From a virus (Duplodnaviria; Caudoviricetes): 64,000 nucleotides of DNA. The stretch is taken from positions 224,001 through 288,000 of IMG/VR virus record IMGVR_UViG_3300021400_001148. The stretch is one strand, 5' to 3'. Position numbers and translations under genes: made by a program. Positions within the stretch are counted from its first letter, which is position 1; each line of letters starts with the position of its first letter. Positions 18,656 through 28,349 of the stretch are shown here, piece by piece. The notes under the pieces were generated by a model. The model was not told the origin of the DNA. It saw only the letters and a list, made by a program, of their open reading frames with translations, and searched no databases.

Positions 18656-19093
18656 ATGCAAAAGCGTCTTAACTTTGAACGACCACTAGAATGTGACTTT
18701 TTTTCTCCCAGACTCGGAACCGTCAACAAACAAAATCCTTCCGCTATATACCTTTCCGGAAAGTGCTATATTACACCATCTTTTAATGAGACGGATGAAA
18801 TTATTTACTCTTCAGCAATACAACCGCTAGAAAGAGACCTGCGAACAAAGATAGGTGAGTGCCTTGGAAAAATTGATGATTTCAAAAAACCATTTATTTT
18901 CAACTTCGAACTGTCAGAATCCGGTTTAAAATTTGGAAAGGAGAGTTATGTGTCTTTTCAAATATTCATCAAACAAAAGCCCGGTGATATAAGAGACCTC
19001 ATGAAAATCAAAAAAGAGAATGAGAAAGATTTTGTCGGCCTTTTTCAAAAAATGCACGATATATTTGAGGAAAATGGTTTCTCTGTTGTTTGA
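18656..19093 (+). CDS. hypothetical protein
   Basis: 145-aa ORF filling the gap in phage-like codon usage. Confidence 0.65.
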   Translation: MQKRLNFERPLECDFFSPRLGTVNKQNPSAIYLSGKCYITPSFNETDEIIYSSAIQPLERDLRTKIGECLGKIDDFKKPFIFNFELSESGLKFGKESYVSFQIFIKQKPGDIRDLMKIKKENEKDFVGLFQKMHDIFEENGFSVV

Positions 19094-19117
19094 TATTTAT
19101 AGAGAAAGAGAAAATTT

Positions 19118-20563
19118 ATGAAAATACACACATTTCTCGATAAGTGTTGTACGATAGTTAAAGGGTCAAAAATTAATTTCGGCCTTAATCCTGTTGCAGA
19201 GATTAACATGGGGAGCCTGATAAGCCGGGCGTGCCTCCACTTCGATATCGACCATCTCAAAAATTTATATGAGGATAAGACCATTGCCAATCTAGAGAAA
19301 ACCAAGCATGTTTTAAAACTAACAAACTGTTCTTCTGTCAATATCAACGATGCCAGAAAGGTCCGCGCCGGTATAGTTAATGTTGACGAAAAGGAACGCG
19401 CTTCGTCTTTTGATGTTATTCTTTTCAAAATACCTAAAGATTTTGATGAGGGAAACGGTTTTAGTTTCAGGGATACATATTGGCTCTCCAGTAATGAGAA
19501 AAAATCCACTTCCGGGTGCAGTTGGTTTCAATGCAGAAACAATATACCATGGTTAGGGGAGGATGATATTTCTGGTGATACCCACTATTCAAACGGAATA
19601 TATGATGATGATTATCTTTATTCCGAGTATAAAAAATACATTGCCGGGGAGAAGTCTGAAATAATCGTTGCCAGCCAGCATTTTGACTACGGTGCTGAAA
19701 ATTTCAATCTTGACATTACTGACTATGTTAATGAAGTTATTACTGGAGAAACCATAGACCACGGACTCTGTCTCGCTTTTTCTCCGGATTATGAAACACA
19801 TCCGTACAAGGAACAAAAATATGTTGGTTTTTTCACTAACCACACCAATCTCTTCTTTGAACCTTATGTTGAGACAGATTATCAAGAATACATCAATGAT
19901 GACCGTGGAAAGTTTTACATCGGTAAGGAAAACCACCTGTATCTTTACTGTTCGATAGACGGTGAACTCAAAAACCTTGATTCACTCCCGGTCTGCACAA
20001 TAGACGGCATTGAGTATCCGGTACAGCAGGCGACAAAGGGCGTGTACTATGCAACCGTTAAAATAACCGACGCGGAACCAGAAACCATATTCTATGATAT
20101 TTGGAGTGATTTGTCTTTGAATGGCGAACCTATCGATGATGTAGAGATGGAATTTGTGGCATTACCCAAGTCTTCATATCTTAAAGTTGGGAAATTCATT
20201 GGGGAAAAATATGATGTTACCCCAACACTTTCAGGTATTAATGATAATGAGCCCGTTCGCATTGGCGATATACGAAGAGTTGATGTGGCTTTCAGAACGC
20301 CTTATACCATAAATTCATCGCAGATTTTCGACAAAGCAGAGTATCGAATTTATACAAAGGATGCCACGCGGGAAATCGATGTGTACGAGTATTCACCAGT
20401 CGAAACTGCATTTCTCAACAACTTTTTTGTTGTTGATTCAACAGAAATGGTGCCCGGGGATTACTTCGTGGATATTAAAATAAAAACCGGATTTGACACG
20501 AAGGTCTATAAGAATGTTCTTCGTTTTTCAATTGTGAGTAATGTCACTGAATTCTACAAATAA
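19118..20563 (+). CDS. putative virion structural protein
   Basis: 481 aa, beta-rich, F.LDITDYVN motif; TATTTATA at 19094. Confidence 0.6.
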   Translation: MKIHTFLDKCCTIVKGSKINFGLNPVAEINMGSLISRACLHFDIDHLKNLYEDKTIANLEKTKHVLKLTNCSSVNINDARKVRAGIVNVDEKERASSFDVILFKIPKDFDEGNGFSFRDTYWLSSNEKKSTSGCSWFQCRNNIPWLGEDDISGDTHYSNGIYDDDYLYSEYKKYIAGEKSEIIVASQHFDYGAENFNLDITDYVNEVITGETIDHGLCLAFSPDYETHPYKEQKYVGFFTNHTNLFFEPYVETDYQEYINDDRGKFYIGKENHLYLYCSIDGELKNLDSLPVCTIDGIEYPVQQATKGVYYATVKITDAEPETIFYDIWSDLSLNGEPIDDVEMEFVALPKSSYLKVGKFIGEKYDVTPTLSGINDNEPVRIGDIRRVDVAFRTPYTINSSQIFDKAEYRIYTKDATREIDVYEYSPVETAFLNNFFVVDSTEMVPGDYFVDIKIKTGFDTKVYKNVLRFSIVSNVTEFYK

Positions 20564-20586
20564 GTGGTATCTGTACCATTTTTAAG

Positions 20587-20615
20587 AAATGTACCACCTT
20601 TTGGGTGGTACATTT
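20587..20615. terminator. bidirectional terminator
   Basis: aaatgtaccacc-ttttg-ggtggtacattt between convergent genes. Confidence 0.8.
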
Positions 20616-21571
20616 TAGTTTATTCTTACTGTCTGGCTTAATATTGTGTTTAGGGGGTAGTCAGTAAGTCTTCTCACATCCTCACCAACAACAGGAGGTA
20701 ACTGTGCCCACCGGTGCTGGTGCGTGAGAAATGCTGTCTTGAATATATTCAAAAACTCCAAAAGAGTGTCACCATAAGGAACTTGATGAGCCTTTTTAAT
20801 AAAGCGGTCCATTTCTTCGTCAGAAATCAGTTTCTCGGGGTCATTGACTTTATATATGTCCCTCGAATCGGTACCAATAAGATTTATCTTATCCGCAACT
20901 ATATTTGCGACACTTTCATAACCGCGTTCCTCCTGTTCCTTCCTCGTTTCCATTTGTGTTTGAAAATCTTCTGAAACATCGGGGCCAATGTTTCTAAAAT
21001 GTTTAAGTTTGATGAAAGCGGGATGTTTTCCGTTAAACTCAAACTCTGAACTATCATTGGTTAGAACCGTTGTATTTTTGACACCGCAGCGTACATGAAT
21101 TTCATCTTCTTTCAAAATAATATCGCTATCTTTTCTACCGAGAACAGCAACATCTGTTTTGTCCGGTAATGTACCGGGTGTCTCTCTTTTATATTCGGGA
21201 TTTTCGTCTGCACCAATCAATGTACCGCTTAAAAGCCTCGTTGATGTAAAATAATCATTATTGTACATAAACTGTGGCTGCGCGATAATTGGTCCCAAAT
21301 AATAGCGTTGACTATGCGATTCATCCAGTGCTTGGTTTATGATAAAAACCCCTTCGCCCACCTTTGGTATGACATGAAAAAATTTGGGAAGAAATGGAAA
21401 AGCGTAATGTGTGACATTATTTCCACCAATGGCAACGGCTGTTTTGTCATTTTCCATTGCAGCGATTTTCTCCCCACTATCTTCGTATGCAATAGCAACT
21501 TTAATCCTGCCGGCACCAGTTTCATCTTTAGTGCTGACAACTCGTCCAAATCTTATTTCTGGTTTTTTCAT
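20615..21571 (-). CDS. baseplate central spike-like protein (gp5/gpV OB-fold)
   Basis: G.V.S.KD..G.GRIKV, PKVGEGV and C-terminal H.H; start reassigned to MKKPE because the upstream codons belong to an inserted element. Confidence 0.7.
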   Translation of the reverse strand: MKKPEIRFGRVVSTKDETGAGRIKVAIAYEDSGEKIAAMENDKTAVAIGGNNVTHYAFPFLPKFFHVIPKVGEGVFIINQALDESHSQRYYLGPIIAQPQFMYNNDYFTSTRLLSGTLIGADENPEYKRETPGTLPDKTDVAVLGRKDSDIILKEDEIHVRCGVKNTTVLTNDSSEFEFNGKHPAFIKLKHFRNIGPDVSEDFQTQMETRKEQEERGYESVANIVADKINLIGTDSRDIYKVNDPEKLISDEEMDRFIKKAHQVPYGDTLLEFLNIFKTAFLTHQHRWAQLPPVVGEDVRRLTDYPLNTILSQTVRIN

Positions 21572-21887
21572 GATATCTACCGCAAGGAAACCCACGGCTT
21601 TAGCCGTTGGGAGGAATTGCGGTTAACTCCTTTTTTTAGTTTATTATTATATTTATATTAACAAAGCTCTTTGATATTCGGTTCGGCGGGGCTGTCTGCC
21701 CGCCGGTAAAATCAAAACAGCATCCGCTCAAGGCACCACGCGCATCGCGTGGACAACAGTTTTTCAATGCGGAAGATTTACCACCCGCTCTCGGCTCCGC
21801 CTTGAGCGGCAGGGCGTTGTCAATCGCCCAATCGATGGGAGCCTCGGGCTTCCGTCAAGCCCACGAATTCATTCGTGGGTAATTGAC
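21572..21887 (+). mobile_element. non-autonomous IS200/IS605 mini-element (PATE-like) with TnpB omegaRNA-like scaffold, 316 bp
   Basis: LE hairpin gaaa-cccacggct-tt-agccgttggg; RE hairpin caag-cccacgaat-tc-attcgtggg-taattgac; inserted after TCAT; no ORF. Confidence 0.8.
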
Positions 21888-21891
21888 AATA

Positions 21892-22221
21892 TTAAACTAC
21901 GATTCCAAAAAGTGTTACTATTCCAGCGGGCGTTGGTACTGCAATCTGTACCTGCCCGTTTTTCAAAAGTTCTTCATTTTTAGCATTGATTGAAGCCCAT
22001 GCAAAACTAAGAGTTAGATTGGGCGACCCGTCGAGGTTAGGCCCAATCGGAATGCCGGCAGCAGACAATTTTTCCGTTACTTTTTGCATTTCCCTAATAG
22101 CAGAAAGACCGGGCCTTGCTATGGCACCACACTGTAGTAAAATAGGCGGTATCATAGGGAATGCTATTTGTGACTGGGTAAAAAGCCCATTAATTCTTTG
22201 TAAAAGTGTATCTATTTTCAT
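21892..22221 (-). CDS. hypothetical protein (baseplate region)
   Basis: 109-aa ORF in tightly packed operon. Confidence 0.7.
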   Translation of the reverse strand: MKIDTLLQRINGLFTQSQIAFPMIPPILLQCGAIARPGLSAIREMQKVTEKLSAAGIPIGPNLDGSPNLTLSFAWASINAKNEELLKNGQVQIAVPTPAGIVTLFGIVV

Positions 22222-22224
22222 AAA

Positions 22225-23988
22225 CTAACAATCTGTTTCTCCCGGGGTATTTTTAGTTTCCAATATATCTGCATGTGTAACATTGTCAATATTACCAATC
22301 AAAGTAGTTGACGATGGTAAATTAAGGGATAAGGTACAATTTCCAACCAAAGCAAGAATAATATCTTTATATTTCTGTATTCTTTCGAGTAGTATCTGTG
22401 TTACATAATTAAGAATGAGGCTTTTGATTTTCTCATATGCAACCCCGAAAAGTTTTTCAATTAAGAAATCCATAACCTTCATTATAATAGTTCCAAGTAA
22501 CTTGTTGAAGGTGGAGAGAAAATCCAGTTTTGTTTCAGGAAACTTACCATTCGCAAAAGAGTAGTCAATCAAATAAATCAAAACAATTTTCGGTGTTATA
22601 ACAGATTCAACAATTTTTTTCACAAAAGCAGTGATTAAACTCATTGCTTTGTTTTTATAGTCGTCTGCACTCCAGTTACTGTAATTAGTTTCCAGAACTG
22701 CCTTTATGTTTTCATTGTCAGTAAAATTGTTTATAATCTCACCACCAGTCAACTGTTCTATTGACTCTTTGATAATGGTTTTCTGTTCTTGGAAAGTAGA
22801 TTCAGATGTAAGTCCACTGATGTTTGCCATTATACTGTCAATTTCATCATCAGACAGGACGCGCCCACTAATCGTATCGCCAGTTGATGTAATAATGCCT
22901 TTTCGCCTCAGTTCTGCGTCCCTGATGAGATTGTTGTATTCTTCATTGGAAAAAGAAAAATAACAATCCTCTATCTCAGTCTCATTTCCCTCAATAATTT
23001 TAGTGATAACCTCATTGACTGTAGTTTCCAGAATTGAATCGGATAATGAGATACTTCCGTTTACATTTGCGACAAGACTTATCGACCCATTTGCAATTAT
23101 ATCGAGAATTCCGGAAATAATTGGTTTTGGGTAAAGAAGGCGGATATTATCGAGGAAATCTTTGTTGAAATCGTATATAGTACTAAACTTTACAACATCA
23201 TTTTTTCTTTTCCGGTACCTCTCCGGGTCCAACAATATTGTAAAATTATTAGTGGCATCATCAAATTTAATTCTGAACAGTTTTGAAAATGTTTTTCCTA
23301 AAGCAGAAACATCATCACCTTCTATTACTATATCATTATAACTTTGGGAGGTACTTTCTATTACTTTATCTTTGAAATCACCGTTCCTGGTATCCCAAAT
23401 GGTTTTGCGGTTGCTTTTTTGCATTTTATCAGCATCAACCATGTTGATAATATACCATAGGAAAGTGTTGAGGTCACCACTTTTCCATACTTCACTCGGA
23501 CTGCAATCATTAGTAACATCACCATAAAAATGACTGCCGGCGGGGTCAGTTGGATTTGACTTTGAGAAAAGGTTAAAAATGTCAAGGATATCAATGTTTA
23601 TTTTGAAACCTTCACCAGTTACTTCTTTTCCAGAAATAATCCTCGTATCCAGAAAATTATCACCTATTATTGGGTTATTTGAGCAACTTACAAGCCCATC
23701 GAGTACACCTAAAATTGCAAGACGGATGGTCTTGTCCATAAAAAGAAGTGAGTCTTCGCCCACCGATTGTATCATATTCGTAAGTATGTTGAGGAGTTCA
23801 TCATAACTAACTCCAGCAATGTTCAACAAATTGATGGTAAGACCGAGTGCAGAAGAAATATTAAGTAGTTCAGCCGACCCCGTTCTGTTTATTTTAAAGA
23901 GGGTCGGCAGGTTATCAGCCAGCAATTGCGCAACCGCAATCGTTGACATTGTGTTTGTTAAACTACTATTTAGTCTTGGGTCAAGCAT
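22225..23988 (-). CDS. hypothetical helical protein (baseplate region)
   Basis: 587-aa ORF coupled to neighbours. Confidence 0.75.
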   Translation of the reverse strand: MLDPRLNSSLTNTMSTIAVAQLLADNLPTLFKINRTGSAELLNISSALGLTINLLNIAGVSYDELLNILTNMIQSVGEDSLLFMDKTIRLAILGVLDGLVSCSNNPIIGDNFLDTRIISGKEVTGEGFKINIDILDIFNLFSKSNPTDPAGSHFYGDVTNDCSPSEVWKSGDLNTFLWYIINMVDADKMQKSNRKTIWDTRNGDFKDKVIESTSQSYNDIVIEGDDVSALGKTFSKLFRIKFDDATNNFTILLDPERYRKRKNDVVKFSTIYDFNKDFLDNIRLLYPKPIISGILDIIANGSISLVANVNGSISLSDSILETTVNEVITKIIEGNETEIEDCYFSFSNEEYNNLIRDAELRRKGIITSTGDTISGRVLSDDEIDSIMANISGLTSESTFQEQKTIIKESIEQLTGGEIINNFTDNENIKAVLETNYSNWSADDYKNKAMSLITAFVKKIVESVITPKIVLIYLIDYSFANGKFPETKLDFLSTFNKLLGTIIMKVMDFLIEKLFGVAYEKIKSLILNYVTQILLERIQKYKDIILALVGNCTLSLNLPSSTTLIGNIDNVTHADILETKNTPGETDC

Positions 23989-24380
23989 TATTTTATAGTG
24001 TAAACTTCAGGTTTATCAGCCTCAGTAAGGCTTTTCTTAATTTTGTTAAAATCAAGTGTTGTTGGTTGTTTAGTAAATGCTTTGTCAGCAAGAGTTTCTT
24101 CTACACTACCATTATGAGAGATAATTTCAGAGAGAAGTTTTGCTATATCAACCTTTGTTTTGATTGACCTGTCCTTATCACCAAGAAAATCGTGCATGAT
24201 TTTACCGTATTTGGCTTTTTCATCCATTGAAAAATCTTGGCCCATTGTAGTGCTCTGGGAGATTTTGTTTATTTCTTCTTGAACCTGGTTCAGTTGTTCG
24301 CAGGCTTGAATATAAGTCTCTTGAAGTAATTCAGCGACAGTATCTTTTGAATTCAGTTTTATCTTAACTTTATTTGCCAT
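23988..24380 (-). CDS. hypothetical protein
   Basis: Start MANKVK; the ORF-track extension to 24401 lies in the inserted element. Confidence 0.7.
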   Translation of the reverse strand: MANKVKIKLNSKDTVAELLQETYIQACEQLNQVQEEINKISQSTTMGQDFSMDEKAKYGKIMHDFLGDKDRSIKTKVDIAKLLSEIISHNGSVEETLADKAFTKQPTTLDFNKIKKSLTEADKPEVYTIK

Positions 24381-24394
24381 AAATAACCTTTTTC

Positions 24395-24559
24395 TTGACA
24401 TACTCCCACGGATGAATCCGTGAGATTCTTGATTTTAAACGCACCCGCCGCTGACCACACGGTCATTGGTCTTACAAGCACTCACCAATTCGTCGATGTC
24501 CCGACGAAGTACGGGATTCATCCCACCACTAAAGTAGTGGGTTTTCTCCCGGAATTATT
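24395..24559 (-). mobile_element. non-autonomous IS200/IS605 mini-element with omegaRNA-like 3' part, 165 bp
   Basis: Minus strand: LE aaaa-cccactac-ttta-gtggtggg; RE gaat-ctcacggat-tc-atccgtggga-gtatgtcaa; inserted after TTAT. Confidence 0.8.
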
Positions 24560-24572
24560 ATAAATATTCGTC

Positions 24573-25298
24573 CTACAAATCTTCAATCATTTTCTTCTTC
24601 AACTCATAGTAGGCGAACTTATATTTCTTCATGTTGTCCCTCACTTCCTTTGTAGAAAGAAGCGTGTTTTCACGCAGGTAATAGAGGACTTTGGATTTGT
24701 TAAGTTTGTTAGAGCCGTCATCTGTAAGTATACCCTCCCAATTGTTAAAGAGTTCACAAAGCACACTCCCTACTTTTCTTTCATTGTCAGACAAATGTAT
24801 TGAAGAATCATTCATCATTTCATCAATTTTTTTCGCAATCCCGCTTGTAAGGTCAGAGGCTAAAGTATTCGAATCTGTATTGGTCGAGTAGTCTATGCTG
24901 TTCTGGAACTTCTCGTATGTATCATCATACGGCTCGTTGCGTTCAATTTTTTTCTTGAACTGGTTGATTTTGTAAATCAATTGGTTTTTGCAGATTGTTC
25001 CATAATATGAATACGCCTTATGATGTTTTTCCGGGTCATATTTATCCATTTTTGTGGATAAGAAAGACATTATGTCATTGAAGGTTTCATCAAATTCTTC
25101 TTCCGGAACGAAAAGTTTGTATCTGCGGATAATTGATTCTATCATCTTAGTGAAAGCAGGTTTCAGTATTCCGTTGAATATTTCATTTCGTCTTTCAACA
25201 CTATCTGTTTTAAGGTATTCTTTTACAGCATTTTCTTGCACCTCTGAAAAATACATCTTCTCTGTTTCACTCTTGGGTTTTCTGCCTTTTTTGGCCAT
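24573..25298 (-). CDS. phage sigma factor, late (gp55-like)
   Basis: YF...E.AV..Y, K.D...K...AYSYYGTICKN region-2-like motif. Confidence 0.6.
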   Translation of the reverse strand: MAKKGRKPKSETEKMYFSEVQENAVKEYLKTDSVERRNEIFNGILKPAFTKMIESIIRRYKLFVPEEEFDETFNDIMSFLSTKMDKYDPEKHHKAYSYYGTICKNQLIYKINQFKKKIERNEPYDDTYEKFQNSIDYSTNTDSNTLASDLTSGIAKKIDEMMNDSSIHLSDNERKVGSVLCELFNNWEGILTDDGSNKLNKSKVLYYLRENTLLSTKEVRDNMKKYKFAYYELKKKMIEDL

Positions 25299-25329
25299 TG
25301 TTGATAAAGTTTTATCTTTAATTTTATTA

Positions 25330-25422
25330 ACAACCGCCATCCACGAATTTAATCGTGCTTCTAAGCACACCCCGAAGGGCCTTTCCACTTTGACGTTGAA
25401 GGCCAGCCCTCTGGACTGGCCA
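25330..25422 (-). promoter_or_regulatory. structured 5' leader of the sigma gene
   Basis: GC-rich multi-hairpin island including ggccagtcc/gggctggcc and a cUUCGg loop, after TATTTAT at 25424-25430. Confidence 0.45.
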
Positions 25423-25431
25423 AATAAATAA

Positions 25432-26211
25432 TTAGTTCTTAGGAGAAAATGTTTTTTTTCTATCTTCTTTGAAGAAATATTCTTTCTGTGCCAAATCCAA
25501 ATACCATTTAACCTCTTCTTCGGATAGCCCGGAATATTTCTCTACAAGACTTCCCTTGCGATTCATTCCGTGTTGGTACCCTATTTTAGGTATGACGTAT
25601 GCTTTTTTGGAATTGTTCAAGGTTCTTAAAAGAAATTCAGTCCAAAAAGCAATCTTAATACTGGGTTTTAGGCCACCAACGGTCACAAAGTCCGTGGTTT
25701 TGAAAACAGAACCGGTCAGGTTAAAGTCTGAATAATCCTTAAGAGCATCGATTGATAGATAACCAATATTATCCGAATATGCCGCCGAAAGGCCAATTTC
25801 ATTCGCTAAACCAACTGGAACCTTTTCACCAGAAGAAAGGTCGTATACTTCAGTCACAGGAAGAAATACCGAGACATCTTGAAGTGTTTCGAGATGCTCC
25901 TGAACATTCTTGAACCAGATTTTTGTGTAACTGTCATCAACTTCAAGGATGGAGAAGTAATCAGTCTGGCAGGATTTGGCTGCAGCATTGATTTGTGAAC
26001 AGAAATCAGAGACTTCGTTTTCAAGGAAATTTATTCTTCCCTCATATGTTATCTGTATTTTTTCATATTCTTTCAGAACTGCTTTTGGACCAACCACGGT
26101 AACAGAGTAATTTTCATTGTTACTGGGTACACTAGATAAAGCGTTTTGATAGAACTTACTAAGTTCGTCACTGTATTCGTGAACTGGCACTATAATGGTG
26201 ATGTTTTTCAT
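25432..26211 (-). CDS. glycosyltransferase, GT-A/GT2-like
   Basis: ITIIVPV N-terminus, N.A...TDYF.ILEVDD, F..VGG. Confidence 0.75.
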   Translation of the reverse strand: MKNITIIVPVHEYSDELSKFYQNALSSVPSNNENYSVTVVGPKAVLKEYEKIQITYEGRINFLENEVSDFCSQINAAAKSCQTDYFSILEVDDSYTKIWFKNVQEHLETLQDVSVFLPVTEVYDLSSGEKVPVGLANEIGLSAAYSDNIGYLSIDALKDYSDFNLTGSVFKTTDFVTVGGLKPSIKIAFWTEFLLRTLNNSKKAYVIPKIGYQHGMNRKGSLVEKYSGLSEEEVKWYLDLAQKEYFFKEDRKKTFSPKN

Positions 26212-27359
26212 TATTTGTTAGTTTCTTCCTTTTTATTCAATGTTGCAAGCGTTCCTTCAAACTCTGCAAGCCTTTTTTCTGTAAGATAGGTTATGACAGA
26301 TTCAATATCACTATCATTCACTTCCTTCGTGTGAAGATTTTCAACTGTTTTTATCTCATCATAAATCGTATCGGGCACTTCATCCCTTAACCACATAGTA
26401 ATCAATCTTGCAAGAAGGTCTGGAACTGCACTATAGTCATCAAACCAAATTACTGAATCAGTAAGGCCATCTTTGCTTTTCATCCACTCAGGGAGTTTCT
26501 TAGGAATCTTCCCAATAACAATTGAACCAGTTTTCAGGGCCTCGAGCGCTGCGTAGCCGAAACTGGATTCTTCATCAATCCAAACGGTGATTGCACCATC
26601 ACGGATTGCATCTGCAAAGGTACTCTGAGGTAGATTGGCAAGTTGTGTGAATGTGACCCATTTATATTCAGGATATTTCCACATAAACGGTTTGATGATT
26701 CTGGAAGCATCATTACCGTCCTTGCAGACAAAATTCACGATAAGTTTCCTTGGTTTCTCTGATTTACGGAAAACAGTAGAGGAAATCCCCGGACGGACCA
26801 AATGTGTTTTAATTCTGGGAAGATTCTGTTCGAACCAATCAGCGTTATATTCAGTATTAACAATTGCGTCAGTTATACCATATTTGTAAGGACTGACACC
26901 AAGAGGGATAAACCTTGTGAAATATTCATCGTTCTGGAAAATAATGACTCTCTTGCAAGGCAAAGCCTTGGTTTGGGACATAATTTCGGTATAGATATCA
27001 GGAATAAAAAGGAAATCCGAGGGGGATACTTTCAAATGCCTATTGTCTACGATATTATGTTTGAGTTCAGAGTACTTTCCTTCGGCCCACTCGCCTATTC
27101 CCACGAATTCCTTTTCACTGTGAAGCATGGTAACATCATACCCCTTGGAGTGGAGATAATAGGCAATACGGTAGATGTAAAGGAGTGACCCAGAAGGTAC
27201 GCCTTTTGTGTCAATTACATAAAAGTAAAATCTTGATTTCTTATCCTTTAGTTTTGCAATTTCTTCCTCAACCCTTTTGATTATAACATCTTTACTAACC
27301 GTTGTTTCTTGGTTTGAGAGTGTTTGCGGCATTTCTGTATTTTTTGTATTTTCAGCCAT
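26211..27359 (-). CDS. glycosyltransferase, GT-B/GT4-like
   Basis: SG....IY, D..FIP, SFGYAALEALKTG.IVIG motif. Confidence 0.7.
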   Translation of the reverse strand: MAENTKNTEMPQTLSNQETTVSKDVIIKRVEEEIAKLKDKKSRFYFYVIDTKGVPSGSLLYIYRIAYYLHSKGYDVTMLHSEKEFVGIGEWAEGKYSELKHNIVDNRHLKVSPSDFLFIPDIYTEIMSQTKALPCKRVIIFQNDEYFTRFIPLGVSPYKYGITDAIVNTEYNADWFEQNLPRIKTHLVRPGISSTVFRKSEKPRKLIVNFVCKDGNDASRIIKPFMWKYPEYKWVTFTQLANLPQSTFADAIRDGAITVWIDEESSFGYAALEALKTGSIVIGKIPKKLPEWMKSKDGLTDSVIWFDDYSAVPDLLARLITMWLRDEVPDTIYDEIKTVENLHTKEVNDSDIESVITYLTEKRLAEFEGTLATLNKKEETNK

Positions 27360-27370
27360 AATTTTCTTTT

Positions 27371-27772
27371 TTAGTCAGTGATTTCGTAAATTACTTTATA
27401 AGTTAAGAGCGTGTTAAAGGCAATGTTGAAACTTATGTCAAAACGAATGTCGTTTTCAAAAGAGCCATAGTAGTACTGTTGTTTATTCAATACAACCGTA
27501 AGGCAGGTCTTGAACAAATCGTACCGCATTGTGTCATTCTGGGTATTTCCAACACCCTTTATTTCCCTGATTACTTTTGAATTCGATTCAAGTACGCCAG
27601 TCTCAGTTTTTTCAAAGCCTTCTGTGATTTCAACGGAGTTACCATCCTCATTGTCCGACTTGAAGCAGAGCCTCTCAATTGCAGACACATCTATTCCGTA
27701 TTTTTTTCCGTCGGAATAGAGAACATTGTCCTCCACTTCCTTCTTTTTAAATAAGTTTTTCAATAATCCCAT
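27371..27772 (-). CDS. hypothetical protein
   Basis: 133-aa ORF overlapping upstream gene in operon. Confidence 0.7.
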   Translation of the reverse strand: MGLLKNLFKKKEVEDNVLYSDGKKYGIDVSAIERLCFKSDNEDGNSVEITEGFEKTETGVLESNSKVIREIKGVGNTQNDTMRYDLFKTCLTVVLNKQQYYYGSFENDIRFDISFNIAFNTLLTYKVIYEITD

Positions 27773-28337
27773 TGTCGTTTATGAAGTCTAGCATGTTATT
27801 ATATGAATAATCCCCAGCAACCGCTTTGTTGTAGTCTGCTTCGATTTTCACTGTTTTCTTACCATCAGGTTTTTCCAAAAGAAGTTTTGGGTTGGCAGTG
27901 ACAAGTACATCACATTTCTTCCAAATATTACTAGAGTCGGCCGGGAGATAAACCTCTCTCACCCGAGCCCCAAGTCTTGAAATAAACCAATAAGTTGCGG
28001 GAATGGTGAGCCCATATTCAAAAGTTGAGACTATAATAACCTCGATTGGGTCATCTGTGTCAATATTTGTCAGGTCTTTTGTCGTCCAGTTTATAAATGC
28101 GGCACCAAGGCCTCTGTCACATGAAGGGCATTTACCGAAAAGTTCCCAAGGATAATCTTCATACACAAACTCCTCGTATTCTTTCCTGTTTTCAAAAGGA
28201 AAAACCTCATCCAGTTTGTTTGTTTTAATCTCTAATGACTCCAAATCAATGTCGGGGTTAATATCGCGTTTGTAAAATTGCCCGAAATTGTATGTATAGT
28301 CTCTCAAGACATCATTCAAATCAACGGCTATTGTCAT
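27747..28337 (-). CDS. HAD-fold 5'(3')-deoxyribonucleotidase-like protein
   Basis: IAVDLNDVLRD HAD motif I variant; YN near C-terminus. Confidence 0.6.
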   Translation of the reverse strand: MTIAVDLNDVLRDYTYNFGQFYKRDINPDIDLESLEIKTNKLDEVFPFENRKEYEEFVYEDYPWELFGKCPSCDRGLGAAFINWTTKDLTNIDTDDPIEVIIVSTFEYGLTIPATYWFISRLGARVREVYLPADSSNIWKKCDVLVTANPKLLLEKPDGKKTVKIEADYNKAVAGDYSYNNMLDFINDNGIIEKLI

Positions 28338-28349
28338 TTTATTCTTTTT

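Noticed and set aside
21572-21887. Group I intron/IStron or tRNA
   Set aside because: No recognisable P7 (R/S) core or cloverleaf; the element is intergenic and its ends fit IS200/IS605.
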